Shown piece by piece: positions 1 to 11,520 of a stretch of 64,000 nt of DNA. Position numbers and translations under genes: made by a program. Source of the stretch: Malacoraja senta (Eukaryota). Numbering within the stretch: position 1 is the first letter of the stretch; each line of letters starts with the position of its first letter. The DNA lies in NCBI GenBank assembly GCA_038087875.1, contig CM075991.1, positions 8,806,001 to 8,870,000 on the forward strand. Reading direction: 5' to 3'. A model generated the notes under the pieces. It saw nothing but the letters and a program-made list of their open reading frames with translations, searched no databases and was not told the origin of the DNA.

Positions 1-417
1 CCTTGCAGACACCAGAGACCCAGGTTCAATCCTGACTACGGGTGCTGTCAGTGCGGAGTTTGCGCCGGTTACCTCCCACATTCGAAAGACGTGCAGGTTT
101 GTAGGTTAATTGGCTTCTGTAAAAAGAAATAGCCGCTAGCGTGTAGGATGCGTTAGTGCAATGGAACGGAATATTTTATTGTCACAGGTGACTAGGCACA
201 GTGAAATCCTTTGCTTCCATGACCAAGGTATACAAATAGTGGCCATCTACGGTGCTGACAACGTTACAAAGCATGCCGGCACCTCCTTTGTTCTCCCCCC
301 CCCCCATACCGGTTCCTCCACACATATTGGTCCCCATTGTCCACTGTTTGCCCCCTCCCTCCCCATTGTCCTCCCTCACCCAGCCCCCCCCCCCCCCCCC
401 GTGTACATAGTGCGTAG

Positions 418-790
418 TTCAGTTTAGAGATACAACGCGGAAACAGGCCCTTCGGCCATCAGGCCCGCGCCGACCAGCGATCCCCGCACACTAACACTAT
501 CCTACACACACTAGGGACAATTACATTTACATTTACCAAGTATTTCATTGTCCTATCTGGGACACATGACATTAAACTCTCTTGAACCTGAACTTGAATT
601 AACCTGCAAACCTGTACGTCTTTGGAGTGTGGGAGGAAATCGAAGATCTGGGAGAAAACCCACGCAGATCACGGGGAGAACGGACAAACTCCGTACAGAC
701 AGCACCCGGCGTGTGGATCGAACCTGGGTGTCCGGCACTGCATTCGCTGTAAGGCAGCAACTCTACCGCTGCGCCACCGTGACTGCCGGT
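418..790 (-). mobile_element. tRNA-derived V-SINE (HE1-like)
   Basis: Minus strand reads GCGGTAGAGTTGCTGCCTTACAGC, then box-B-like GGTTCGATCC, the V-domain GGAGTTTGTCCGTTCTCCCCGTGATCTGCGTGGGTTTTCT, and a CR1-type tail GAAGGGCCTGTTTCC...TCTCTAAACTGAACT. Many further whole or partial copies occur, e.g. 1-160, 2770-3035, 4485-5060, 13004-13430, 13735-14015, 16915-17180, 21790-21975, 34340-34600, 50835-51115, 56875-57140, 59420-59700, 62985-63260. Confidence 0.85.
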
Positions 791-1249
791 GATACGCAGT
801 GAACGGGTATTTGGTGGTCGCCATAGACTCGATGGGCTGAAGGGCCTGTTTATGAGCTGTGTCCTTAATCTAAAGCAAACTCAACTAAACTAGATTGGTT
901 CTGAGCGTTTTCCACAGACTGCATTTGCCCTACTTCCTGGCAGCAGCTCTTCAAAGTGTTCTGTCTCAATCCAGATTCACACAAGCACAAAGTCAAACAG
1001 TAAATATTTACACAACGGCTCATTTTAATAATTTATTCAGCAACAATATCAAAAAGAAGCTATTTAACGGAAAGCGATTTTGCACCAAAGTAATTAGATT
1101 TCTCAAATAGGCTGCAGTTTCTCATTAAAATTTGGCCGCCCTCCACTGTGGCAATATATAGAACAATATCAGGCATGAACTGTCTCTGCTTCCCCTCCCC
1201 TGACCATAGTGGGATGGGTGAGGGTGGGTAAGGATGGTGTTTGGGCTAA

Positions 1250-1568
1250 AAGCCCTGTCCCACTGTACGAGTTCATTCCAAGAGTTCTCCCGAGTTTGCC
1301 CTGATTCGAACTGGGAGATTTACAGTAATGGCCGCTCGTCGGTACTCGGGGCTCTCGTGGACATTTTTCAACATGTTGAAAAATCTTCACGAGTCTTCCC
1401 GAGCTTACCGCGTTTCCCGAGTACCTGCCGTTAGCGTTACGAGCCGCTAAGAGATGTTCCTGAGCTCTGACGTACCCGCTACGTTCATTCTATGTACTTA
1501 CCACGAGTTTGATTTTTTTTAAAACTCGGGAGAGCTCTTGAATGAACTCGTACCGTGGGACAGGGCCA
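1250..1568 (+). mobile_element. PIF/Harbinger-type MITE, interior family A
   Basis: TIR AAGCCCTGTCCCAC...GTGGGACAGGGCCA; TAA on both sides (1247-1249, 1569-1571); no ORF; seven copies in the window. Confidence 0.85.
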
Positions 1569-1629
1569 TAAGGGGTTATAGCCCTGAATTAGAGTCAATG
1601 CCTTCGAGTGTGGGACTCCAGGTTTTGGG

Positions 1630-1965
1630 AAAACATGTTCCCCATGTTGGGGGGGAGTCTAGAACCAGGGGTCACAGTTTAAGAATAAGGGGTAGGCCAT
1701 TTAGGACTGAGATGAGGAAATTCTTTCTCACCCAGAGAGTTGTGAATCTGTGGAATTCCCTGCCACGGAAGGCAGTGGAGGTCAATTCAAGGATGTTTTC
1801 AAGAGAGAGTTAGATTTAGCTCTTAGGGCTAACGGAACCAAGGGCAATGGGGAGAAAGCAGGAACGCGGTACTGATTTGGAATCATTTTAAATGGCGGTG
1901 CTAGCTTGAAGGGCCGAATGGCCTCCTCCAGCACCTATTTTCTATATTTCTATGTTTCCATGTTT
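1630..1965 (+). mobile_element. CR1/HER1-like LINE 3' fragment
   Basis: Translation [38 protein letters not shown] (CR1 ORF2 C-terminus); tail of (TTTCTATG)-like repeats. Confidence 0.85.
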
Positions 1966-1980
1966 CGGTTGTTGGCCATT

Positions 1981-2112
1981 AGTCTGAAGAAGGGTTTCGG
2001 CCCGAAACGTTGCCTATTTCATTCGCTCCATAGATGCTGCTGCACCCGCTGAGTTTCTCCAGCATTTTTGTGCACCTTCAATTTTCCAGCATCTGCAGTT
2101 CCTTCTTTAACA
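1981..2112 (+). mobile_element. Penelope-like element pLTR fragment with hammerhead core
   Basis: CTGAAGAAGGGTTTCGGCCCGAAACGTTG followed by the conserved GATGCTGC...GCTGAGTTTCTCCAGCA...CAGCATCTGCAGTTCC block. Elsewhere (14940-15600, 18785-19093, 41265-41670) this block follows a GIY-YIG C-terminal remnant. Confidence 0.75.
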
Positions 2113-3339
2113 ACCTGAACTGGTAGACTTCCGTGGGGGTGTATCAGAGAATTCCACAGATTCACAACTCTCTGGCTGAAAAAGTTTTTCCTCATCTCAG
2201 TCCTAAATGGCCTACCCCTTATTCTTAAACTGTGACCCCTGGTCCTGGACTTCCCCCAACATCGGGAACATTTTTCCTGTATCTAGCCTGCCCAATTCCT
2301 CATCAATCGATTCTGTACTCCCCTTCCATTGCATCAAGCATAAAAAAAATACTGTGTTATACGATCGAAGTTTCAGACCACTGAGTTTTTAACCTTTTAA
2401 GCTGAAGAGATCAGTTCTTTAAGATGCTGCTCACACTGCAGCATAAAGCGCGTTAAACTCCATGCCACTGACATCTCTTTTCTCATGCTGCTGAAATTAC
2501 AAGACTAAAAGGGTAACCATTCAAACCCACCGTGATGTGAATCACCAATCAAAATATTCTCCGTCTTATCTCCTTCTGACAATGCCAGACCCACGGCGGA
2601 GTTTCATCGTATTATATTTTGATTTCAGGTATCCTGATTTCATATTTTATCAGTGGACGTGGTGAAAATAAGCCTGGGGATCCAGAGAGCATAGCTGATG
2701 GTGTACGGAGAGATGAAAATGCCAGTGGACATCTGCCCTTTCATCCAGAAGTTTTGTTTTTTTTAAGCGCCTGACAGCGCCAGGGACCCCGGTTCGATCC
2801 CGACTACGGGTGCTGTCTGTACGGGGTTTGTCCGTTCTCCCCGTCACCCGCGTGGGTTTTCTCCAGGTGCTCCGGTTTCCTCCCGCACTGCAAAGTAGTA
2901 CAGGTTTGTAGGATAATTGGCTTTGGTAAAATTGTAACTCGTCCCCAGTGAGTAGGATAGTGCTCGTGTACGGGGCGATCGCTGGTTGGCGCGGACTCGG
3001 TGGGCTGAAGGGCCAGTTTCCACGCTGTATCTCTGCTGTCTAAAGAACGAGTGCTGCATGTTGGGAGGGGTGGTATGGAGGGAAGGTTGCACCATGCGAG
3101 GGGCTGTATTGAGAGAGTGCTGCAATGTGGGAGAAGCAATATGGAAAGAAAACTGTGCTTGAGGGGCAGTACTGGGGGAGCGCTGACAGAGACAGAGATA
3201 GGGAGAGACAGAGAGAGGGACAGAGAGAGACAGTCGGTGTATGTCTGTATACATGCATGAGAATTTGTGCGATACGTGAGATTGTATCTGCATGCTTGCA
3301 CATGCATGTTTAAATGATGAGTACGCACTCATGCCTTTG

Positions 3340-3571
3340 TGCATGTGTGTTGTTTGTGTGGATTACATGTGTGTTGTGTGTAGATTACATACATGTATGT
3401 GTATTACATTTGTGTGTGTGTGTGTGTGTGTAATGCGTGTGTGTGTGTAGTGCATGTGTGTATGTGTGCATGTGTGCGTGTCTGTGTTTGTGTGTGTATG
3501 CGTGTGTGCGTGTGTATGCGTGTGTGCGTGTGTATGCGTATGCGTGTATGCGCATGTGTGTGTATGTGTGT

Positions 3572-3609
<38 letters not shown>

Positions 3610-3628
3610 ATGTGGGTGCGTGCGTGCG

Positions 3629-3690
<62 letters not shown>

Positions 3691-3691
3691 A

Positions 3692-3756
<65 letters not shown>

Positions 3757-3767
3757 TGTGTGTGTAT

Positions 3768-3815
<48 letters not shown>

Positions 3816-3842
3816 ATGAGTGTGTGTGTGCGCGTGTATTGG

Positions 3843-3883
<41 letters not shown>

Positions 3884-3884
3884 A

Positions 3885-3917
<33 letters not shown>

Positions 3918-3954
3918 AGTGTGTGTGTGTGTGTGTGTGTGTCTGTGTGTGTAT

Positions 3955-3994
<40 letters not shown>

Positions 3995-4021
3995 ATGAGT
4001 GTGTGTGTGCGCGTGTATTGG

Positions 4022-4058
<37 letters not shown>

Positions 4059-4069
4059 TGTGTGTGTAT

Positions 4070-4117
<48 letters not shown>

Positions 4118-4144
4118 ATGAGTGTGTGTGTGCGCGTGTATTGG

Positions 4145-4243
<99 letters not shown>

Positions 4244-4262
4244 ATTGGCTCTGTGTGTGCAT
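3340..4262. repeat. Compound (TG)n microsatellite with higher-order repeats
   Basis: ~920 bp of TG interrupted by recurring TATGAG and CGTGTATTGGCTCTG motifs. Confidence 0.97.
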
Positions 4263-5377
4263 GTACTTTCTGAGGAGGAAACGGTTACAATAAATGAGCC
4301 ATTATTCACAATCCATCAGAAATGCTTTAAAATGGGGCAGGATAATGTGCAGTTAATGCTGTGTAATTTACGCTGATGTCTGGACATGTTCAGTGGGAGA
4401 ACGCTGATTACAGATAATTGTTGTAGGTGATGCACAGGCGACAGGAGTGTGTTGTGCAAATGCTGAGGAGAGACATTTAGTCTCAGTTTAGTTTTGAGAT
4501 ACAGCGCGGAAACAGGCCCTTCGGCCCACCGAGTCTGCGCTGACCAGCGATACCCGCACATTCTTCTACTTGCATATGGCGGGCCACGGGGAGAACGTAC
4601 AAACTCCGTACAGACATCACCCATAGTCAGGAACAAACCCAGGTCTCTGGCATGGCTGCCACCGTGCCGTCGGTATCATTGAGATACCCAGCCAGGATCA
4701 TAGAGGGAGCATTGCTGTGCTACAGTGCTCCTTGCTGCCTGACAGCATTGGCTTAGTTTAGTTCAGCGATACAGCATGGAAACAGGCCCTTCGGCCCACC
4801 AATGTCCATGCAGACCATCGATCACCCGTACGCACTAGTTCTATGCTGTCCCCACTCCCTGCACAATGTGGGGCAATTTACAGATGGCCAATTAACCTAC
4901 CAACCTGCACGTCTTCGGGATGTCAGAGGAAACCATAGCACCCGGAGGAAACCCACGCGGTCACAAGAAGAACACGCAAAGAACGTCACAGACAGCATCC
5001 AAGGTCAGGATCGAACCGGAGTCTCTGGAGCTGTGAGGCAGGAACTCTACCAGCTGTGCCCTCGATTCACACCCAGATGAAATTGGGTGCTCAGTTACAC
5101 CAGGGGTGAGAAGACCGTCAGTGGATATTTTTAAGGCAGAGATAGACGAATTCTTGATTAGAACAGGTGTCAAGGGTTATGGGGAGAAGGCAGGAAAATG
5201 GGGTTAGGAAGCAGAGATCAGCCATGATTGAATTCGATGGGCTGAATGGCCTAATTCTGCTCCAATCACTTTCTGAACCTATTAACTAAGTATTCTATAT
5301 CTTCAAAATGATGTTAAGACTCATTGAAACTTCAAGTTATCTAGATTGCATCTTTATCCCATGCGGCAGTTATAGGA

Positions 5378-5670
5378 TGGCACGGTGGAGCAGCGGTAGA
5401 ATTACTGCGCCAGAGACCCAGGTTCGATCCTGACTACGGGTACTGTCTGTACAGAGTTTGTACGTTCTCCACCAGACCGCGTGGGTTTCCTTTGGGTGCT
5501 ACGGTTTGCTCCCTCATTCCAAAGACGTACAGGTTTTGTAGGTCAAATGGCTTCTGTAAATTATAAATGATCCCCAGTGTCTAGGACGGTGCAAGTGTAT
5601 GGGGTGATCGCTGGTCGGCGTGGACTCGAAGGGCCGAAGGGCCTGTTTCCATGCTGTATCTCTAAAAATC
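5378..5670 (+). mobile_element. V-SINE, near full length
   Basis: GGCACGGTGGAGCAGCGGTAGA...GGTTCGATCCTGACTACGGG head, V-domain, and GGGCCGAAGGGCCTGTTTCC tail. Confidence 0.85.
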
Positions 5671-5809
5671 TAAAGGCAGTTTCCTTCATTTTACTAACCG
5701 TGCCAGACCAAAGTTTTTCATCTCCTGTACTACCTGGTGTCATGGCAACAAGAATCTCATTAGAACATAAGCTGCGCCTTTGACCAGTGTTTTACCATCC
5801 TCCCTCTTT

Positions 5810-6190
5810 AAAAAAAAAATAGATTTATTCAATTATTATCAATGTTATTTACAATACCAAAAAAACTCAAACAAACCCACCACCATAGTCCAAGTAAAAC
5901 AAATACACTGAACATTAGTTAATTTTTTTCCCCATCCTTATTAAGGATGCATTCCACCCGCCGTGGTGCTCAGCGGACCCGGAAACCTTGCAAGATGCCC
6001 GTGGGCAGCGGGTAGTACCTCGCTAGCACCACCCGGGCGCGGACGTAGCCCCGGAAATAGGGCAGGCAGCCGGCTTGGGTGGAGCCCTCTCCCTCCTGGC
6101 GCCATGACTCGCGGATGGCCAGCTTGGCCAGGCCCAGGAGCAACCCAACCAGGACACCTCCAGCCCTACCCTCTCCCCTACGCACATCCT
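5810..6190 (-). mobile_element. Tx1/L1-clade LINE 3' end
   Basis: Minus-strand translation VLVGLLLGLAKLAIRESWRQ...CLPYFRGYVRARVVL...FRVR*APRRVECIL resembles a Tx1-type ORF2 C-terminus, followed by a short UTR with AATAAA. Confidence 0.6.
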
Positions 6191-7399
6191 CTCTAGTGTT
6201 TTTCCAAGCAGTTCGCTGTTCGCCTGGAGAGACACGTTATGACATCTCTACCTCCTGTGTCAGCTTTGTGATATAAACCCTAAAGAAAAAAATGATATAA
6301 ACCCTAAAGATAATCACTCGAATCATCTCAAGAATTCTAATATTGACTATATTAATATTCATAAATAATCCAGCACTAATTTAGTTTAATACTTATCCTC
6401 AGTCCTTGCTTCTTGCAATGGTTTTAAAGCCTTCTCTGGCTCTCTACTTAATCTTGCTGGGAGCCTGCATATTAATCCTCTCTGTCAATTAGTGAGGCGG
6501 ATGGGGTGGGCTGCTTCAGTCTGAGGGATCTGGGCCAGCACAACACGCAAGTGGAAAAGGCTTTTTAAATGTCTGTTTCTGAATATTAACCACTTATTAC
6601 TGCATGAAAGGAGGCCGTTCAGCCCATTGCACCTGTACCAGCCCCCAAGGTATCAATTCAGGTATTCACTGCCAATACTGTGACAACCGGTCCACTGGAG
6701 GTCAGTCAAGACAAAGGCTATTAGAGTATGTAAATCGAGGTGTTCACTGACCAATGAACCTGTACATTAAGCACAGGGATGAGGAATGATGGATGATTGT
6801 GGGTATGTGTCAGCAATGATTTCAATGAACATTTCTGCCTCTTCTCCAAAGTGCAGCCACAATACACATATCATTCTGTGAATGAGTAATCAGAGCATGC
6901 ACGGACGGTTCGGGCTTGCTGGCAGTCTATACCACAGCTCCCTCTGTGCCTCGAGCCAGATCCAGGCTCATTGAAAGCTCCGCTTGGTTGGGCGAAAGCC
7001 CGCAACGCTTCAATGAGGACTGCATCAAAATTAACCCTTCCTGACTGGCAAAGATCCCAAACTGCCAGTTTCATTTCCTAGTCCTGTGGTCTCCTCGCCA
7101 ACATTCCCTCACTGGGAAACATTCCGTCACTGGGAGAAAACTTCATTCTGCGTTGAACCATACTAATTCCGGATTGTGGAAGTGTACAACCACAGAGCCA
7201 CGGAAACCACCATCCCAGGATGTCCATGCCCCACTCCAAAGAAGGTCTGAAGAAGGGTCTCAACCCAAAATGTCACCTATTCCTTTTCTCCAAAGATGCT
7301 GCCTGACCCGCTGAGTTACTATAAGCATTTTGTGACTATCTTCAGCGTAAACCAGCATCTGCAGTTCGTTCCTAACCCACTCGTAAGTAGCCACCAGCC

Positions 7400-7700
7400 A
7401 TAGAAACATAGAAACATAGAAACATAGAAAATAGGTGCAGGAGGAGGCCATTCGGCCCTTAGAGCCAGCACCACCATTCAATATGATCGTCCCCTATCAA
7501 TAACCTGCCTTCTCCCCATATCCTTGACTCCACTAGCCCCTAGAGCTCTATCTAACTCTCTCTTAAATCCATCCAGTGTTTTGGCCTCCACTGCCCTCCG
7601 TGGCAGGGAATTCCATAAATTCACAACTCTCTGGGCGAAAAAGTTTTTTCTCACCTCAGTCTTAAATGACCTCCCCTTTATTCTAAGACTGTGGCCCCTG
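7400..7700 (-). mobile_element. CR1/HER1-like LINE 3' fragment
   Basis: (CATAGAAA)n tail and reverse complement of the RGHSLRIKG...RVVNLWNSLP region. Confidence 0.85.
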
Positions 7701-7881
7701 TAACCAAAGACACGTTATGACATCTCCAACTCCTGCGTCAGCTTTGTGATATAAACCCTAAAGGAAAAATGCAGTGATAATCACTCGAATCATCTCAAGA
7801 ATTCGAATATTGACTATATTAATATTCATAAATAATCCAGCACTAATTTCGTTTATTACGTATCCTCAGTCCTTGTCCATT

Positions 7882-7935
7882 AGGGTGGGAGATTGCAACC
7901 TTCACGTGGTCCACTCTGTTTCGACGAATGCAATC
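7882..7935 (+). ncRNA. Minimal HDV-like (CPEB3-type) self-cleaving ribozyme motif
   Basis: P1 AGGGTGG(7882-88)/CCACTCT(7911-17); P2 GATTGCA(7891-97)/TGCAATC(7929-35); P3 ACC/GGT with L3 TTCACGT; GT after P1; vestigial P4 TTCGA; J4/2 C(7925)GAA. Confidence 0.85.
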
Positions 7936-8020
7936 AACCCAGCATGCACAATCAAATAAGATCAAATGGAACAAGTTGTCCTACAACTTTAGGCTGCGCA
8001 CGCCATACACAAGAGGAAGG
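7882..8020 (+). mobile_element. Short non-autonomous non-LTR retroposon with ribozyme head (Ingi/Vingi-like tail suspected)
   Basis: Homologous to 52561-52648 with the same 5' start; internal hairpin AAGTTGT-CCT-ACAACTT; 3' end GCCATAC(A/G)CAAGA(A/G)GAAG. Confidence 0.7.
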
Positions 8021-8933
8021 AAAAGTAGCCATCTATACCAATCCCAACTCCTAGTCTTTAACATTCCTTGACCCAACATAAGGTTCCTTCAAAACACCCT
8101 CTGCCACTATTCCAACCATGCAAATCAAAGATCGTTCAACGTGACAGAAGATTAGCACAAGCTTCTTCAGACCCTGCAGGGATAAGATCCTCTTGCCTGG
8201 TTGCCCAAGAAACACAAGACAATACATTGCATTTTTATAGAGTGCTCGGAAAGTAAGCCCAACATGCAGTGAGCATAACAAACCGTGTTACTAATTAATG
8301 TACTTAACGTATCATTTTCTGTGGAGAAGGCAGGTCAATTTTACTTCGGAGTCACGTGAGTGACTTCGTGAAGAACCCGCTCAGTGCGCAGGCGCGGCGT
8401 TACGCCAGCAGTGCAACAGCGGCGGCAGCTGGAGGAAGGCGCTCCGGCTGCATTTTGAAACGGACGGTTGGGTGAGTATATTCAACTAGTCTAACAGAGA
8501 AAGAGAGTGTGGGTGTTCTTAGCAAGTAAGTACACTCACCAGAAGATTCTCCAACAGAACTGCCCCAGCTCAACTCCACCAGAGGAGCGTTTAATCTCAG
8601 GGGGGCAGCAACAGGCGGCAGGACCGCTCATAGAGCACTCCGCTATCCCCGACACCGAGCCGAGCCCAGTCCCACTAATGCCTGCACAGCGGACAGGGAG
8701 CAAAGCCATGAGAGCAACCGGCCGGTAATGTCTGATTTGTCGGATGGGGACATGTCTCCACCTACACGGAGGAGAGACAGCCGCCAGAGCTTACAACAGC
8801 TCTTGGAGCAGATGCTCCAGCGAGCTACGCAGAAGGAGCGTTCTCGCGGAGGTAGGTCAGGCACCTCCTCCACAGTGTCTTGGGCACTGCCCTCTGCTCC
8901 CTCATTACTGGAGGCTAGCATTGGTGACCAGGG

Positions 8934-9605
8934 TTGGGCTGGTCTGGAAAGGGGCTGGCGGAAGAATTCGGCAGAATGCAAGGGGTGCAGGAGCAGGAAG
9001 AGCTGCTGGGTGTCGTGGACCGCTATGTAGCAACCCCACGTGCTGGAAGACCGCTGGAACCAAACATGGCGGCCAGCATCAATCATCTGTCAAATAAGCC
9101 CTTGCAGGAGAAGGTACTTCTTGAGGTGCTTGAATTTTATACAGCACCAGAGAACTGTGAGGCCCTCAGAGTGAAGACTGTGAACAGCCAGATCTGGGGT
9201 CACGTGGGGTCAAACATGTGTAACCATGAAATCAAGCTACAGCGGATCCTAAGGCTCCGGACGTCGGCCATTACAGCCTTTGCTCGTTCTGTGCAAAGTA
9301 TGGAGATGGATACTTGCCAGCAGGATGTGCTGGCACTGATGTGCAATACACAATCTCCGGCGGGGAAACATAAGACCTGCCCTCAATCCCAAATTTGCTG
9401 GGTTGTGCAGAGCCTCAGCTGCAGAGATGGATGCTCTGTTATTTGGGAAAGACCTCAACAAAAAACTGAGGGACATGGAGGAAGCAGCGACATCTTTCGG
9501 CCTCATGAGGGCAGGCCCTGGGACGAGCAAACCAAGAGCTACAATACCCAAGCGGCAGCACCCCATGGCATCCACCAGTCGACGTCCTCAATATGGGACT
9601 GGTGA
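8934..9605 (+). pseudogene. DIRS gag-like ORF1 (frameshifted)
   Basis: YTAPENCEALRVKTVNSQIW motif (P.N...L....VN..IW) typical of DIRS ORF1; continues in another frame (LLFGKDLNKKL). Confidence 0.7.
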
Positions 9606-9759
9606 AAGCTCGGGGACCGCATTTTATCCCCAAAAGATCTTTTTTAGATCAGGGCCCACAGCGGACCCCATGGAAAATGCGCCACCCCCCAACATCGCCA
9701 GCACGTCAGACAAGCAAAACCTACAAAAACATCAGGAAACAAAAGAAACACCACTGAAC

Positions 9760-10690
9760 ATGGAGGTAGGTGGGTCTGGTTCCTGCCAGCATATAGAGAA
9801 TAAGGGTGCTTTACTAACAGAGGGGAGCTTACACTGGTTTAAACAAGCATGGGTTACTGTCACGTGTGATAAGTATATACTCAACAGCATTAGTGGAGAG
9901 GTCATCCAAAAGACCAAACATGAACCTTTGGAATTTGTATCAAATAAAACCAAAAAAGATGGTGGATGTCGCATCATCATTGCCTTAACATCACTAAATA
10001 AGTTTGTTGAGTATATACATTTCAAAATGGAGACAGTTGTTACTGCCAAACAACTGATTTCCAAAGGATACTTCATGGCAAGCATTGATCTGAAAGATGC
10101 TTACTATCTAATACCCATACACAAGGATCATTGCAGATACCTACAATTTATCTGGTTGGGGCAGCTGAGGCAGTACAACGCATTGCCCAATGGGCTAACC
10201 TCAGCCCCAAGATTATTCATCAAAATATTGAAAATAGCCATGGCAAGACTAAGAAACATATTGTCATGGCATACCTGGATGATATTCAGATAGTAGGGAA
10301 AACGATGGAATTGGCTGTGGCAGCAGTATCAGCTACAAAATAGCTCCTCGAAACTCGGGTTCATCCTACATCCAGATAAATCTAAGTTGAAGCCATCCAC
10401 TATTATGGACTACCTGGGCTTCACAATTAACTCAGTCCATATGACTGTTACCTTGCCAAAAGGAAAATAAAAATAAAAAATAAAAATAAAAATGGTTGCA
10501 TTAGCACAATCATGCAACTATTTAATGGTCAACAAAGGACCAACTATTCGACAAGTCCCAAGAGTGATTGGGAAAATGGTAGCAGCATTTCCAGCTACAC
10601 AATGCGGACCTTTGCACTATCAAAATTTACAAACAGCAAAGGTACAGGCACTAAAACGACATACAGGTCACGATGTTCGTGTCATGTAAT
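9760..10690 (+). pseudogene. DIRS reverse transcriptase
   Basis: KKDGGCRII, HFKMET, SIDLKDAYYLIPI (from 10081), LPNGLTSAPRLF, and AYLDD (10269-10283, shifted frame); contains stops, deletions and an (AAATA)n expansion at ~10465-10492. Confidence 0.92.
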
Positions 10691-10769
10691 TACCCACTGA
10701 AGCAATATCAGCTACAGTGGTGGGCAGAAAATGTTTGGCATAGTTTCAGCTCTATCATCATCACTAACC

Positions 10770-11090
10770 TTACTTTAGTTCTTCAAACAGATGCCAGTGC
10801 TCAAGGCTGGGGAGCAACTTACTCCATATCCAGCATAACTATCTAGAGATGTTGGGCGCCTTTTATGGGTTAAAAGCATATGTAGCTAATATGCAGCACT
10901 TGCATGTTCGGTTACAGATTGATAATACTACGGTGGTGGCTTATATTAACCATATGGGCGGCATAAAATCATTATCATGCGACAAATTGGTCAATGTGAT
11001 TTGGCTATGGTGTGTCTAAAGACATATTTGGCTATCAGCTACTTATCTACCAGGTAAGCTAAACACAGTGGCAGACACCAGGTCACGCAA
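10770..11090 (+). pseudogene. DIRS RNase H domain
   Basis: LQTDASAQGWGA, YLEMLGA, IDNTTVVAYINHMGG and YLPGKLNTVADTRSR motifs; frameshift/deletion and an internal stop. Confidence 0.88.
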
Positions 11091-11520
11091 ATTCAATGAT
11101 AACATCGAATGGATGTTCAACCCTAAAGTATTTGCTAAAGTTATTAAGCAGTATGGAACGCCAGATATCGATGTATTTGCATCAAGACGAAATCACCCGT
11201 TACCTATATATGTCGCTTGGGAACCAGACCCAGAGGCAGCAGCGATACATGCCATCACGCTGGATTGGGGAAATGTCTTCTATGCTTTCCCTCCCTTCTG
11301 CCTCATCAGTCGGGTACTTCGCAGAATACAGATGGACTCTGCTTCTGGAATTTTGATGGTGCCCGACTGGCCTACACAGTCATGGTTCCCGGTTCTACAT
11401 GACATGGTGGTTGAGTCACCAATGGTCTTTCCCAGTGATCCAGGATTATTAACTCACCCAGTATCAGGCATAAGCCACCCATGCCATGAGAAAATTAAAC
11501 TCCTGGGTTGCAGGCTTTGA
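11068..11520 (+). pseudogene. DIRS DNA N6-adenine methyltransferase-like domain
   Basis: EW...PDIDVFASRRN...FYAFPPFCLISRVL...MVPDWPTQSWFP; open frame downstream of RNase H. Confidence 0.85.

Noticed and set aside
3363..4309. Long His/Thr and Cys/Val ORFs (also 45150-46687)
   Set aside because: Translations of (CA)/(TG) microsatellites.
5378..5440. tRNA gene (box A/B motifs, many copies)
   Set aside because: These are SINE heads; no cloverleaf or acceptor stem.
7870..8035. TSD for the intact ribozyme element
   Set aside because: Only CCAT is shared between the flanks, too short to call.
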